From: Loktanella sp.
GTDB taxonomy: Bacteria > Pseudomonadota > Alphaproteobacteria > Rhodobacterales > Rhodobacteraceae
NCBI GenBank assembly: GCA_024686085.1
Contig: JAIBDT010000004.1
Location: 2,213 to 66,212, forward strand
DNA: 64,000 bases
Reading direction: 5' to 3'
Shown here: piece by piece, positions 9,066 to 20,281 of the stretch
Layout of the letters: every line of letters starts with the position of its first letter
Position numbering within the stretch: position 1 is the first letter of the stretch
The notes under the pieces: generated by a model
Told to the model about the DNA's origin: nothing
What the model saw: the letters and a program-made list of their open reading frames with translations, nothing else
Databases searched by the model: none
Made by a program: the position numbers and the translations under genes

Positions 9066-10285
9066 AGTAGCATCGTGGCCAGCAGGGCAATGCTGGTGAT
9101 CATGCCCAAAACCGGTACCAAAATATGCACATTGAAGTGATCGGTGTGATCGTCTGCCCGCCGTTTGATTGCGATCAGGGATGCGTTCACGCAGACAAAG
9201 ACCCCCAGAACAATTTGAGATGTCCAGCCTGCCAGTTTCTCGATTGGTAGAAATAGGCTGAGGCTCATGATGCTTAGCGCGACGCAGGCGGTTGCCACGC
9301 TGGGTGTACGGCTTTTTGTCGAGAGCCGTGCGAAGATTGCTGGCAACCGCCCTCGATCAGCCATGCCGTAGATCACCCGTGACGCCATGATCATCTGGAT
9401 CAAGACGCCGTTTACGGTTGCGACGATCGCCACGAGTGCAAAGCCGGTTTGGATGATGTCGGGTGCATCTGAAAACACCAGTGTCAGCGGCGCGTTTGAG
9501 GTTGATAGCGCGTCAACGGGCACGGCCAGCAAGACCGCGATGCTGATGGCGATATAGAGGATTGTCGCTGCGATCAGCGTGTAGATGATTGCGCTTGGGA
9601 TTGTGCGGCGCGGGTCTTTGACCTCTTCGGCGACATTGACCATGTCCTCGAACCCGATGAATGCGAAGAACGCCAGCAGAGATGCGGCAACGATGTGGGT
9701 CCAGTCGCCAATGTCTGCGGGTGGCAAAAGCTCTGCTGGGGAAACGCCGTTGTGGTCTGCGATGCCCCCTGCCCAAATGATCACGAAGATGAGCCCTGCG
9801 ATTTCGATTATGGTCACCACGGCTGCGACCATGACCGACTGTGTGATCCCCCACCACGCCAAGACACCCATCGACACGGTGATCCCCACGATTAACAAAG
9901 AGGTGTCAAAGCCGGTGAGTGCAAACAAATAGCCCGCCGCCCCTACGGTGATCGCAGAGGCTGATACCATCCCCGATATTGCCACCAGCAGCCCGACGAC
10001 CACGGCCAGTCGCGGCGCCCGAAACCCTGCGTCGACATAGGCGGCCTCGCCTGCGCTGACGGGGTAGCGTGTCGCCAATTCCGCATAAGAAAACGCGGTG
10101 AAGCCCACGACGATTGCCGCCACAAGGAAAGACACCCAAGCGTAGGGTCCCGCCTGTGCAACGGCCGCCCCGATCAACACGTAGATGCCCGCGCCGACCG
10201 TGACCCCAAGCCCGTAGAGCGTCAGAAGTGGCAGAGTCAGGGTGCGTCGAAGTGATGGCGGCGTTACGGACTGTGGCGGGTGCAA
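9062..10285 (-). CDS. APC family amino acid permease
   Basis: GVTVGAGIY in TM1, FAFIGFE in TM6, ~12 TM segments. Confidence 0.9.
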   Translation of the reverse strand: MHPPQSVTPPSLRRTLTLPLLTLYGLGVTVGAGIYVLIGAAVAQAGPYAWVSFLVAAIVVGFTAFSYAELATRYPVSAGEAAYVDAGFRAPRLAVVVGLLVAISGMVSASAITVGAAGYLFALTGFDTSLLIVGITVSMGVLAWWGITQSVMVAAVVTIIEIAGLIFVIIWAGGIADHNGVSPAELLPPADIGDWTHIVAASLLAFFAFIGFEDMVNVAEEVKDPRRTIPSAIIYTLIAATILYIAISIAVLLAVPVDALSTSNAPLTLVFSDAPDIIQTGFALVAIVATVNGVLIQMIMASRVIYGMADRGRLPAIFARLSTKSRTPSVATACVALSIMSLSLFLPIEKLAGWTSQIVLGVFVCVNASLIAIKRRADDHTDHFNVHILVPVLGMITSIALLATMLL

Positions 10286-10440
10286 AGGACGATCCTGATT
10301 TGAAGAACGGGCACCATCCTACCCGATGGTTGCTCTAATTCTATCATGGTCGGGTCGCAGTCAAAAGGCGGGTTGCTGTCCATCGCTATTTTCCAATAGG
10401 TTCGCGGATATAACTCAATCAGACATTGTGGGGCCTATTA

Positions 10441-11784
10441 ATGCCAAGACTGTCGTTGCCTGAACCGAAGATCGATATTTTCGCTGATGGCTTTGAAAAA
10501 CACAAAGCACTGCTAGACCGTTCTGCAGAGGGTGCGCAGCTTTCTCATCTTGTGAGTGTTGTTGATGATCCTGTGACGATTGCTGTGGATGGCGCCTGGG
10601 GTGCGGGCAAAAGCCATTTTCTAAAGTGTTGGGTGGGGGAGCATCTGAAGACCGCAGAAAAAACAGAGATGGTGTATTTTGACGCTTTTCGCCACGACTA
10701 TCTAGATGATCCGCTGGTTGCCTTGTCGGGTGCTTTGGTTGATCGCTTTGAGGACCCTACAAGCAAGACCGCCCCTGCCGCCAATGCGAAGTTTGCCAAA
10801 GGCTTGCGCAAAGCCGCGCCCAAGTTGGGTCGGTTGGCGCTGCGTCTCGGGGTGTCTTATGTCACAGCCGGGATCATCAATCGAGCCGATGATTGGGTCG
10901 GTGCGGACGATGATGAGGCCGAGGAAGAGGCACAAGAAACATCCAAGGCTTTGACAGGCACGGCGGGCGCTGCGGCGCAGGGTGCGATTGATAAGTTTTG
11001 GCAAGCAGAGGACGGCAAGCGTGCTGCGATGGCGGCATTTCGTGATGCCATTTGTGGGTGGACTGAACCTGACGAAAAGGGCCACCCGACCCGCCGTCTC
11101 GTCATTGTGGTTGACGAGTTGGACCGCTGCCGTCCTGATTATGCGCTGAATCTGTTGGAAATCATGAAGCATTTCTTTGACGTGGCAGGGGTGACGTTCG
11201 TTTTGGGCACCAATATGCGCGCCATGCAGAACCATGTCGTTGCCCGCTACGGGGCAGGGGTTGATGCGGGACTGTATTTGCAGAAGTTCGTGCAGGTGAC
11301 GATGCGGTTGGGGGAGAAGGAAAACCGCTTCTCAAATCCATCAAAGGTCGCAACCTACTTTGAACAAGTGTTAGTCAAGATGGAGATAAATGATGGATAC
11401 AGTGGTGTCGTAAAAGGCTACGTCCGCAACTTGCAATATCATAGTAGCTTGAACCTGAGGGGGTTGCAGGAGCTCGCAAGGTTATGTGTTCTCACACCTT
11501 ACCCTGCTGAGACAGATGAAATGCGAATTCCGATTCTAATTGGCGGCTTGATGTTTCTGAAGGCAATGCGACCCGAAGTTTTGGATCGAGTTTTAATTGG
11601 ATCGGCAAAGTGGCCGGAGGTGCAAGAGGCTTTGAATCTCGCGACGGACTTTGTCGAACATCGAGGAGCCAAGCGAAGTATTTCGGAGGCGTGGTTGCTC
11701 TGTTTCCAAGACCAAAAGTTACCAGAGTTTTGGCAGGAACATCTAAGAGATGACTATCTCCATATTACAAACAGCTATAGCTGA
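10441..11784 (+). CDS. KAP family P-loop NTPase
   Basis: Walker A GAWGAGKS, YFDAF..D, Walker B IVVDELDRC, LEIMKHFF, YLQKF. Confidence 0.9.
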   Translation: MPRLSLPEPKIDIFADGFEKHKALLDRSAEGAQLSHLVSVVDDPVTIAVDGAWGAGKSHFLKCWVGEHLKTAEKTEMVYFDAFRHDYLDDPLVALSGALVDRFEDPTSKTAPAANAKFAKGLRKAAPKLGRLALRLGVSYVTAGIINRADDWVGADDDEAEEEAQETSKALTGTAGAAAQGAIDKFWQAEDGKRAAMAAFRDAICGWTEPDEKGHPTRRLVIVVDELDRCRPDYALNLLEIMKHFFDVAGVTFVLGTNMRAMQNHVVARYGAGVDAGLYLQKFVQVTMRLGEKENRFSNPSKVATYFEQVLVKMEINDGYSGVVKGYVRNLQYHSSLNLRGLQELARLCVLTPYPAETDEMRIPILIGGLMFLKAMRPEVLDRVLIGSAKWPEVQEALNLATDFVEHRGAKRSISEAWLLCFQDQKLPEFWQEHLRDDYLHITNSYS

Positions 11785-11914
11785 GACACATTGCGTAACC
11801 TGTATGATGGCTACATCGGCGCGATCTCGATTGATGGCTTAACTTAGAACGCACAAGGCCGCCGCAGTGTCCTGCGGCGACCTTGGTCGGGTGGGGATTA
11901 GCCCAGCGCCCCGA

Positions 11915-13210
<1,296 letters not shown>

Positions 13211-13392
13211 GATGGTGTTCCCTTTGGTCCCATGGTGAATGCTTTGCGCCCTCATATCCCAACGCCCCCGAGTCCAAAAGCGCCAAAACGACGCTCAGTC
13301 GCAAATGCCCGCCATTGCCTGTTTCCGATCCGCGCCTTGCGTTTCTCGGCTGATCTTGTGACAAATGATTGAAGCGACAAAGGAATATGCCG

Positions 13393-14157
13393 ATGGCCCG
13401 CCCCAAAATTGCCTTTACGGCCAGTCCCGTCCCGTTGGCGCAGTCCGCGTTGGTGGCGCTTGTGGCAAAACACGGCGATGTGCCGATGGATCAGGCGGAT
13501 GTGATTGTGGCGTTGGGAGGCGACGGGTTTATGTTGCAAACCCTGCATGCGACCCAAGCCTTGGCGGCCCCTGTTTACGGGATGAACCGTGGCACGGTCG
13601 GGTTTTTGATGAACGCTTATCATGAGGATGATTTGGCGGATCGTCTGGATGAAGCGGTGGAAGAGATTATCAATCCGCTGGCGATGACGGCCTTGTGTGT
13701 TGATGGTTCGATGCACGAGGCACTGGCGATTAACGAGGTGAGCTTGCTGCGGGCGGGTCCGCAGGCTGCAAAACTGCGCATCACGGTGGACGGTAAGGTT
13801 CGTATGAAAGAGTTGGTCTGTGATGGTGCGCTAGTGGCGACCCCTGCGGGATCAACCGCCTATAACTATTCCGCACATGGTCCCATTTTACCGATTGGGT
13901 CGGATGTTCTTGCCCTGACCGCAATGGCCGCGTTTCGTCCCCGTCGTTGGCGCGGCGCGTTATTGCCAAAGGCCGCTGTCGTTCGATTTGATGTGATTGA
14001 TGCGGGGAAGCGTCCTGTGATGGCCGATGCGGATGGCAAGTCGGTGCCCAATGTCGCCAGTGTCGAGATCAGGTCAGAGCCTTTGGTCAAGCACCGTATT
14101 CTGTTTGATCCGGGTCACGGATTGGAAGAACGCTTGATCAGCGAGCAATTTACCTAG
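13393..14157 (+). CDS. nadK: NAD kinase
   Basis: LGGDGFML, AINE, DGALVATPAGSTAYNYS. Confidence 0.95.
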   Translation: MARPKIAFTASPVPLAQSALVALVAKHGDVPMDQADVIVALGGDGFMLQTLHATQALAAPVYGMNRGTVGFLMNAYHEDDLADRLDEAVEEIINPLAMTALCVDGSMHEALAINEVSLLRAGPQAAKLRITVDGKVRMKELVCDGALVATPAGSTAYNYSAHGPILPIGSDVLALTAMAAFRPRRWRGALLPKAAVVRFDVIDAGKRPVMADADGKSVPNVASVEIRSEPLVKHRILFDPGHGLEERLISEQFT

Positions 14158-14807
14158 GTCTTTGGTTGAAGGCTGAGTTCGGTGCGACGGCTGTCGCCCT
14201 CAAAGCGTGCATCTAGAAAGTAGGGGCTATTCTTGTCGCGCAAGAGTGCGCTGAGGGATGGTGCATCGTCCAAAGTTTTTGCGACCCGCCGTGCGATCGC
14301 TGCCCGCCTGTTTTCGCGTTGTGCGTGGGTGTCGTCGCTGACGCTGCTAAATTTGCGCAAGGGCGTACTGTGTGGCACCACCCGCAATGGCGGGGCCATT
14401 GCGGAAATGGCAAGGCTATAGCTTTGTCCTGCGTCTAATGTGCCGATGCTGTCTGGGCTGAAATTGGTTTGATAGCTGCTGATCGCATTGCCCCCAAACC
14501 CAGGTGATCCGTCTGGATAGACTGTTGCTGCCAGCCAAAGGTGTATCTTTGGCACGTCACATCGGGTGTCGCTTGTGTTGGTCACGATCAGCAATATGTC
14601 GTCGTTGTCGGCCACCTGAAACGACAGTGACAACCCTTTGGGTATTGCAGGGGCCATGTCTTTGCGTGGCACCGCGGGTTTTAGCCCGCGTACCACAAGA
14701 ACACATGTCACGACGCCCACGGGAATCATTAACAACGGATTGATTTTGATTGCCATGAAAATGGCCACCCAGATGGCGCCAAGCGCCCAGATATAGCCCT
14801 TTCCCAT
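14154..14807 (-). CDS. hypothetical protein with N-terminal TM segments
   Basis: 217 aa ORF starting 3 nt after the stop of the duplicated prpE tail. Confidence 0.6.
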   Translation of the reverse strand: MGKGYIWALGAIWVAIFMAIKINPLLMIPVGVVTCVLVVRGLKPAVPRKDMAPAIPKGLSLSFQVADNDDILLIVTNTSDTRCDVPKIHLWLAATVYPDGSPGFGGNAISSYQTNFSPDSIGTLDAGQSYSLAISAMAPPLRVVPHSTPLRKFSSVSDDTHAQRENRRAAIARRVAKTLDDAPSLSALLRDKNSPYFLDARFEGDSRRTELSLQPKT

Positions 14808-14810
14808 AGT

Positions 14811-14885
14811 TTAACCTTTTGCGTAGCCAAGCGGTTTAAGCGCCTTTTTGATCTCGTCCAAGACCTCTGGATCGTCGATGATCGC
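14811..14885 (-). repeat. 75-bp direct repeat of the prpE 3' end (att-like scar)
   Basis: 69/75 nt identical to 15606-15680; translates AIIDDPEVLDEIKKALKPLGYAKG*. Confidence 0.95.
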
Positions 14886-14993
14886 GCATCTGAAAGGCTT
14901 TCTTTACGGATAATTATCCCTCATGTCGCCCGCTAATGTTGCCTTATCGTATTAGGCGCAGGCAGTCCGCTACTCCTGTTGGCCCAATTTGTG

Positions 14994-15479
14994 TTATGGG
15001 ATTATCCCTGCGAAATGCACCACATTGCCATTTGCATCTGCCGCCACATGGGCGCCCTGCGCGTCGTGGTAAACCGTATTTGCCCCGTTTTGGGCGACAT
15101 TGACGGATATAGGAATAACTTATGCCGGGTCAAAATCAAAATTCTGGCCCGGGTGCAACGTTCCAGCGTGGTCCAATTCCTTCAGGAGCGGCTCATTCAA
15201 AAACATCAAGGTTGAGTGACCTGTCGGGTAGAATTCTTGCCAGCGTGCCGCTGCAAGCGCGTCTGCTGCCGCTTCAAAAAGCGGTAGGTTTGCGGCGTTG
15301 ATGTCCGCTAAGGCAGCGGCTCTCCACCCAGCGAACAAGGTTGCGATTGTTGGGTCATCGAGGCCCAGAATGGCCGAAAGGTAGTGGTAGACGGGTCCAT
15401 TCGGATCAGTGGCCCAATCATAGGCCTCTTGCCCATACGGACGAACATGTTTCACAAAAAAGTCACCAGTAATGCCCAT
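14994..15479 (-). pseudogene. hypothetical gene with an internal TAA at 15120-15122
   Basis: AAGGAG RBS then MGITGDFF (119 aa); after the TAA the same frame stays open for 41 protein-like codons to the stop at 14994. Confidence 0.5.
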
Positions 15480-15605
15480 GTCGCAATCTCCTTTTAACAA
15501 TTCAAAAACGAACGGTCGCAAAAGTGGAATGCAACCTAGAGTTATGAAAGGGCACATGGCAGAGGAAGTCAACCGAGACGCCAAAACGCCTCGGTTGGTT
15601 GCTGA

Positions 15606-17498
15606 CTACCCTTTTGCGTAGCCAAGCGGTTTAAGCGCCTCTTTGATCTCGTCCAAGACCTCAGGATCGTCGATGGTTGCGGGCATTTTGAAGGCCTCGC
15701 TATCGGCGATTTTGACCATTGTGGCGCGCAGGATCTTGCCTGAACGGGTTTTGGGCAGACGGTCCACAACGGCGACCAGCTTGAACGCAGCCACAGGGCC
15801 GATTTGGTCGCGCACCAATTTGATGCATTCGGCCTTGATCTCTTCGTCTGTCTTGGATGTGCCTTTGTTGGTGCACACAAAACCAAGCGGCAATTGCCCT
15901 TTGAGTTGGTCCGTCACCCCGATCACGGCACATTCGGCCACGTCTGGATGGCCTGCAAGCACTTCTTCCATGCCGCCCGTTGAGAGGCGGTGCCCTGCGA
16001 CGTTGATCACGTCGTCGGTCCGCGCCATGATGTAAAGGTAGCCGTCTTCGTCGATCATGCCCGCATCGCCAGTCTCGTAGTAGCCGGGGAAGGTGGTGAG
16101 ATAAGATTTCACAAAGCGGTCTTCGGCGTTCCAAAGGGTCGGCAATGTGCCAGGGGGCAGGGGCAGTTTGATCGCGATCGCGCCCAATTCGCCTGCTTTC
16201 ATCTGGTGACCTGCTTCGTCCAGGATTTGAACGTCGTAGCCCGGCATCGCGACAGTTGGCGAGCCAATTTTGACGGGCAAAGCCTCGATCCCCGCAGGGT
16301 TGCCTGCGATGGTGTAGCCGGTTTCTGTCTGCCACCAATGGTCATAGACAGGGACGCCCATGATTTTCTGCGCCCATTCGATGGTGTCCGGATCGGCCCG
16401 TTCGCCCGCGAGGTAAAGTGCGCGCAGGTTCGAGATGTCGTATTTCTTAATCTCTTCGCCCTTTGGGTCTTCGCGTTTGATCGCCCGCAGCGCGGTGGGT
16501 GCTGTAAAGAAGGACCGCACGTTGTGTTCTTGGATCACCCGCCAGAATGTGCCCGCGTCAGGTGTGCCGATGGGTTTGCCTTCAAACACGACTGTTGTGC
16601 AGCCCGCGATCAGTGGCCCGTAGCAGATGTAGGAGTGTCCAACGACCCAGCCCACGTCCGAGGCCGCCCAGAACACGTCGCCTTGATCTACGTTATAGAT
16701 GGATTTCATGGTCCAGTTGAGCGCAACAAGGTGGCCTGCGGTTGGCCGCACGACGCCTTTGGGCGCGCCTGTGGTGCCGGATGTATAAAGGACATATGTG
16801 GGGTGGTCGCCCGAAACAGGGACGCAGTCGGCAGGTGTCACGCCTGCCTGCACGTCGTTCCAGTCATAGTCGCGCCCGTCGGTCAGATCTGCGTCACATT
16901 CTTCGCGCTGGAAGATGATTGTGAAGTCTGGCTTATGCTTGGACTGTGAAATGGCGTCGTCGATCAATGGTTTATAGGCCACGACGCGGTTTGGCTCCAA
17001 CCCGCAAGAGGCTGCGAGGATGGCTTTTGGTGTTGCGTCTTCGATCCGCACGGCCAGTTCGTGTGCTGCAAAGCCGCCGAACACAACAGAGTGCACCGCG
17101 CCGATGCGCGCACAGGCCAGCATCGCGACAAGGGCTTCGCTGATCATTGGCATGTAGATGATGACGCGGTCGCCTGCGACGATGCCTTTGTCACGCAATG
17201 CACCTGCAAGGGATGCGGTCTGGGTTTGCAGTTCGGCAAAGCTGGTTTTGGATTTGCGCCCTGTGATCGGGCTGTCGTAGATGATTGCAGTCTGGTCGCC
17301 GCGCCCTTGCTCGACGTGGCGGTCCACGGCGTTGTAGCAAGCGTTGACCTGCGCATCTTTGTACCATTCGTAAAGCGGGGCGTTGTCGGCGTGCAGGGCT
17401 TTGGAGGGTGCTTTGACCCAATCGATTGCCTCTGCCTGCTTCATCCAGAATGCCTCTGGGTCGTCCTGCCAGCTTTTGTATACGTCGGAATAGCGCAT
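15606..17498 (-). CDS. prpE: propionyl-CoA synthetase
   Basis: YTSGTTGAPKG, DHWWQTETG, YYETGD, LPKTRSGKILR; PrpE-like N-terminus. Confidence 0.9.
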   Translation of the reverse strand: MRYSDVYKSWQDDPEAFWMKQAEAIDWVKAPSKALHADNAPLYEWYKDAQVNACYNAVDRHVEQGRGDQTAIIYDSPITGRKSKTSFAELQTQTASLAGALRDKGIVAGDRVIIYMPMISEALVAMLACARIGAVHSVVFGGFAAHELAVRIEDATPKAILAASCGLEPNRVVAYKPLIDDAISQSKHKPDFTIIFQREECDADLTDGRDYDWNDVQAGVTPADCVPVSGDHPTYVLYTSGTTGAPKGVVRPTAGHLVALNWTMKSIYNVDQGDVFWAASDVGWVVGHSYICYGPLIAGCTTVVFEGKPIGTPDAGTFWRVIQEHNVRSFFTAPTALRAIKREDPKGEEIKKYDISNLRALYLAGERADPDTIEWAQKIMGVPVYDHWWQTETGYTIAGNPAGIEALPVKIGSPTVAMPGYDVQILDEAGHQMKAGELGAIAIKLPLPPGTLPTLWNAEDRFVKSYLTTFPGYYETGDAGMIDEDGYLYIMARTDDVINVAGHRLSTGGMEEVLAGHPDVAECAVIGVTDQLKGQLPLGFVCTNKGTSKTDEEIKAECIKLVRDQIGPVAAFKLVAVVDRLPKTRSGKILRATMVKIADSEAFKMPATIDDPEVLDEIKEALKPLGYAKG

Positions 17499-17812
17499 CT
17501 TCATCCTCCCAAATGATCACTTGGTTAAGGTGTAAGCAGCGGATTTGGTGTGGGCAAGCGTGGTTGCGGCGCTAACAGGAAAACACTGTAAATTTTTTGA
17601 CATTGTTTTGCCTTTGTAGGGCAAGATGAGGCGCTGCCTTCAGACCTCTGAGGTGCTTTTGATCAAAAGAAGTGGGGTTTTGGGTAATTTTATTTTATAT
17701 CTTTGCTATTTTGCGCAATGACCGAAAATGCAAGTTGCTATCTTCGGGGTTAGGCGTAGGGTCCGCTTTACAGGACGACACTTCGCCGCCTCTGTTCGTT
17801 TGGAGATTTCTT

Positions 17813-17908
17813 ATGGATAAGCACGGTAAACCCTTGAAGAAAAAGCGCCAGCCTTCGCTGCCACCTGTATTGGTTGCGACATCTGTGAAGGTCGCGCCAA
17901 AGACATAG
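17813..17908 (+). CDS. candidate 31-aa Lys/Pro-rich small protein
   Basis: GGAGA RBS upstream of ATG; MDKHGKPLKKKRQPSLPPVLVATSVKVAPKT*; + strand terminator downstream. Confidence 0.35.
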   Translation: MDKHGKPLKKKRQPSLPPVLVATSVKVAPKT

Positions 17909-17950
17909 ACCCACGTTTGAAATTGTCGGATTTCATATTTGGAGAAAGGA

Positions 17951-17984
17951 GAAACGAGGTAGCCCAAGCTACCTCGTTTTTTTT
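17951..17984 (+). terminator. rho-independent terminator, possibly bidirectional
   Basis: AAACGAGGTAGC-CCAA-GCTACCTCGTTT continuing into a T run; abuts the maeB stop. Confidence 0.85.
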
Positions 17985-20262
17985 ATCCGTAGTGTGCGAC
18001 GGGCGTGCCTGCGAGCGCTGACATGTTGAGAAGCCCACGCGCGGTGATCGAGGGTGTCACGATGTGGGCGCGATTGCCCATGCCCATCAGAATGGGTCCG
18101 ACCTCGAGGCCGCCGCCCTTCATTTTCAGAATGTTACGCACCCCAGAGGCCGCATCGGTGTTTGCAAACACTAGCACGTTTGCGGGGCCAGGAAGATGTG
18201 CGTCAGGGAAGATACGGTTGCGCAGTTCGACGTCCAGGGCGGCGTCGATGTGCATTTCGCCCTCGTAGTCAAAGTCGCGCGGTTCGCTGTCGAGGATCGT
18301 CATTGCGGCCCGCATCCGACGCCCAGTGTCACAATCGAGGTTGCCGAATTGGCTGTGGGAGCAGAGCGCGATTTTCGGCGCGACCCCAAAGCGGCGCACG
18401 TGGCGGGCTGCTCCGATGACGGTATCGGCGATTTGTTCTGGCGTTGGTTCGGGGTGGACTTGGGTGTCGGCAATGAACAGCGGGCCGTCTTCCAAGATCA
18501 TCAACGACAGGGCTGCGACAGGGTGCAGCGTTTCGGTGCCCAAGATCTGGGACACATAGTTGAGGTGCCAGAGGAATTGGCCGAAGGTGCCGCAGATCAG
18601 GCTGTCAGCCTCGCCGCGTTGCACCATGACCGCGCCAATTGCGGTTGTGTTGGTGCGCATGATCGCCTTGGCTAGATCGGGTGTGACGCCCTTGCGCGCC
18701 ATGATGTCATGGTAGGTGTTCCAGTAGTCATAATAGCGCGGATCGTTTTCGGGGTTCACGATCTGGAAATCGACACCGGGCCGGATTTTGAGGCCCGCGC
18801 GTTCGCAGCGCCGCTCGATCACTTCGGGACGTCCGATCAGGATCGGCTTGTCCGTGGTTTCCTCCATGATCGCTTGGGCGGCGCGCAGCACACGTTCATC
18901 TTCGCCTTCGGCAAAAACGATGTTACGCTCGGCGGTGCGGGCGGCGTCAAAGACGGGCCGCATAATCATGGCGGATTTGAAGACCGAGCCGTCGAGGCCA
19001 TTCTTATAGGCCTCCATGTCCGCGATGGGACGAGTTGCGATGCCGGTTTCAATCGCGGCGCGGGCCACGGCGCTGGCGACAACGCCCATCAGGCGCGGGT
19101 CAAACGGTTTCGGGATCAGATAATCGGCCCCGAATGTCAGTTTTTCGCCTGAATAGGCGGCGGCAGCTTCGGCGCTGGTTGTCATGCGGGCCAGCTCGGC
19201 GATGCCTTCGACGCATGCGATTTTCATCTCGTCGTTGATGTCAGTGGCGCCGACGTCCAGCGCCCCGCGGAAGATGAACGGGAAGCACAGCACGTTGTTG
19301 ACTTGGTTGGGGAAGTCCGACCGCCCTGTGGCGATGATGGCTTTGGGATTCACGGCGCGCGCGGCCTCTGGGTCGATTTCTGGGTTCGGGTTTGCGAGGG
19401 CGAAGATGATCGGTACATCGGCCATTTTGGCGACCATGTCTGGTTTCAGAACACCGGGACCAGAGAGGCCAAGGAAGAGGTCAGCGCCGTCGATCACGTC
19501 GCCAAGTGTGGCGGCTGTTGTGCCTTGGGCGTATTCGGCTTTCTGCGGGGTCATGTCCTTTTCGCGGCCATTGTAAACAAGGCCCTCGATATCACATAAC
19601 CACACGTTTTCGTGTTTCACGCCAAGCTTGAGAAGCATGTTCAGGCAGGCGATGCCAGCCGCACCACCACCAGTGGAGACGATTTTAATGTCTTCGAATT
19701 TCTTGCCTGCCACCCGCAAGGCGTTGGTGGCCGCGGCCCCCACAACAATCGCTGTGCCGTGCTGATCGTCATGAAATACGGGAATATTCATCCGCTCACG
19801 GCAGATTTTCTCAACGATAAAGCAGTCGGGCGCTTTGATGTCTTCGAGGTTGATCGCGCCAAATGTGGGCTCTAACGCGCAGACGATTTCGGCCAGTTTT
19901 TCGGGGTCACTTTCTTCGAGTTCGATATCAAAACAGTCAATGTTTGCGAATTTCTTGAAAAGGACGGCTTTGCCTTCCATCACAGGCTTGGAGGCGAGCC
20001 CGCCGATGTTGCCAAGACCCAGAACCGCGGTGCCGTTTGTGACGACGCCCACCAAGTTGCCGCGCGTTGTGTAGTCGCGGGCGGTGTCGGGGTTTGCTTT
20101 GATCTCGAGGCAGGCTTCGGCGACACCAGGGGAATAGGCGCGCGACAGGTCGCGGCCGTTTGCCAAGGGCTTGGTTGCTCGGATTTCAAGTTTACCGGGT
20201 TTCGGGAATTGGTGGTAATCTAATGCAGCCTGCTTTGCAGGGTCACGGGAATCGTCAGCCAT
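17983..20262 (-). CDS. maeB: NADP-dependent malic enzyme with PTA-like domain
   Basis: AYSPGVA, GKAVLFK, FHDDQHGTAI, C-terminal FAEGEDERVLRAA domain. Confidence 0.97.
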   Translation of the reverse strand: MADDSRDPAKQAALDYHQFPKPGKLEIRATKPLANGRDLSRAYSPGVAEACLEIKANPDTARDYTTRGNLVGVVTNGTAVLGLGNIGGLASKPVMEGKAVLFKKFANIDCFDIELEESDPEKLAEIVCALEPTFGAINLEDIKAPDCFIVEKICRERMNIPVFHDDQHGTAIVVGAAATNALRVAGKKFEDIKIVSTGGGAAGIACLNMLLKLGVKHENVWLCDIEGLVYNGREKDMTPQKAEYAQGTTAATLGDVIDGADLFLGLSGPGVLKPDMVAKMADVPIIFALANPNPEIDPEAARAVNPKAIIATGRSDFPNQVNNVLCFPFIFRGALDVGATDINDEMKIACVEGIAELARMTTSAEAAAAYSGEKLTFGADYLIPKPFDPRLMGVVASAVARAAIETGIATRPIADMEAYKNGLDGSVFKSAMIMRPVFDAARTAERNIVFAEGEDERVLRAAQAIMEETTDKPILIGRPEVIERRCERAGLKIRPGVDFQIVNPENDPRYYDYWNTYHDIMARKGVTPDLAKAIMRTNTTAIGAVMVQRGEADSLICGTFGQFLWHLNYVSQILGTETLHPVAALSLMILEDGPLFIADTQVHPEPTPEQIADTVIGAARHVRRFGVAPKIALCSHSQFGNLDCDTGRRMRAAMTILDSEPRDFDYEGEMHIDAALDVELRNRIFPDAHLPGPANVLVFANTDAASGVRNILKMKGGGLEVGPILMGMGNRAHIVTPSITARGLLNMSALAGTPVAHYG

Positions 20263-20281
20263 TTCACTCTCTCCGGTCATG

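Noticed and set aside
6334-11784. Naming DUF2971 and the KAP NTPase as one multi-gene defence system
   Set aside because: They are more than 3 kb apart, separated by unrelated metabolic genes, with no shared operon.
11782-11847. Selenocysteine read-through of the KAP TGA
   Set aside because: No convincing SECIS-like hairpin downstream and no redox-Cys context; a nonsense mutation or a true stop is simpler.
13211-13380. ZMP/ZTP riboswitch upstream of glyA (GCGACTG seen on the - strand)
   Set aside because: The remaining conserved parts (GGTGG..CCAC.GGGA stem and the 3' CCGCCTGGGC pseudoknot hairpin) are absent.
17695-17967. 90-aa minus-strand ORF between maeB and prpE
   Set aside because: It starts inside the terminator hairpin, has no RBS, and its composition is not protein-like.
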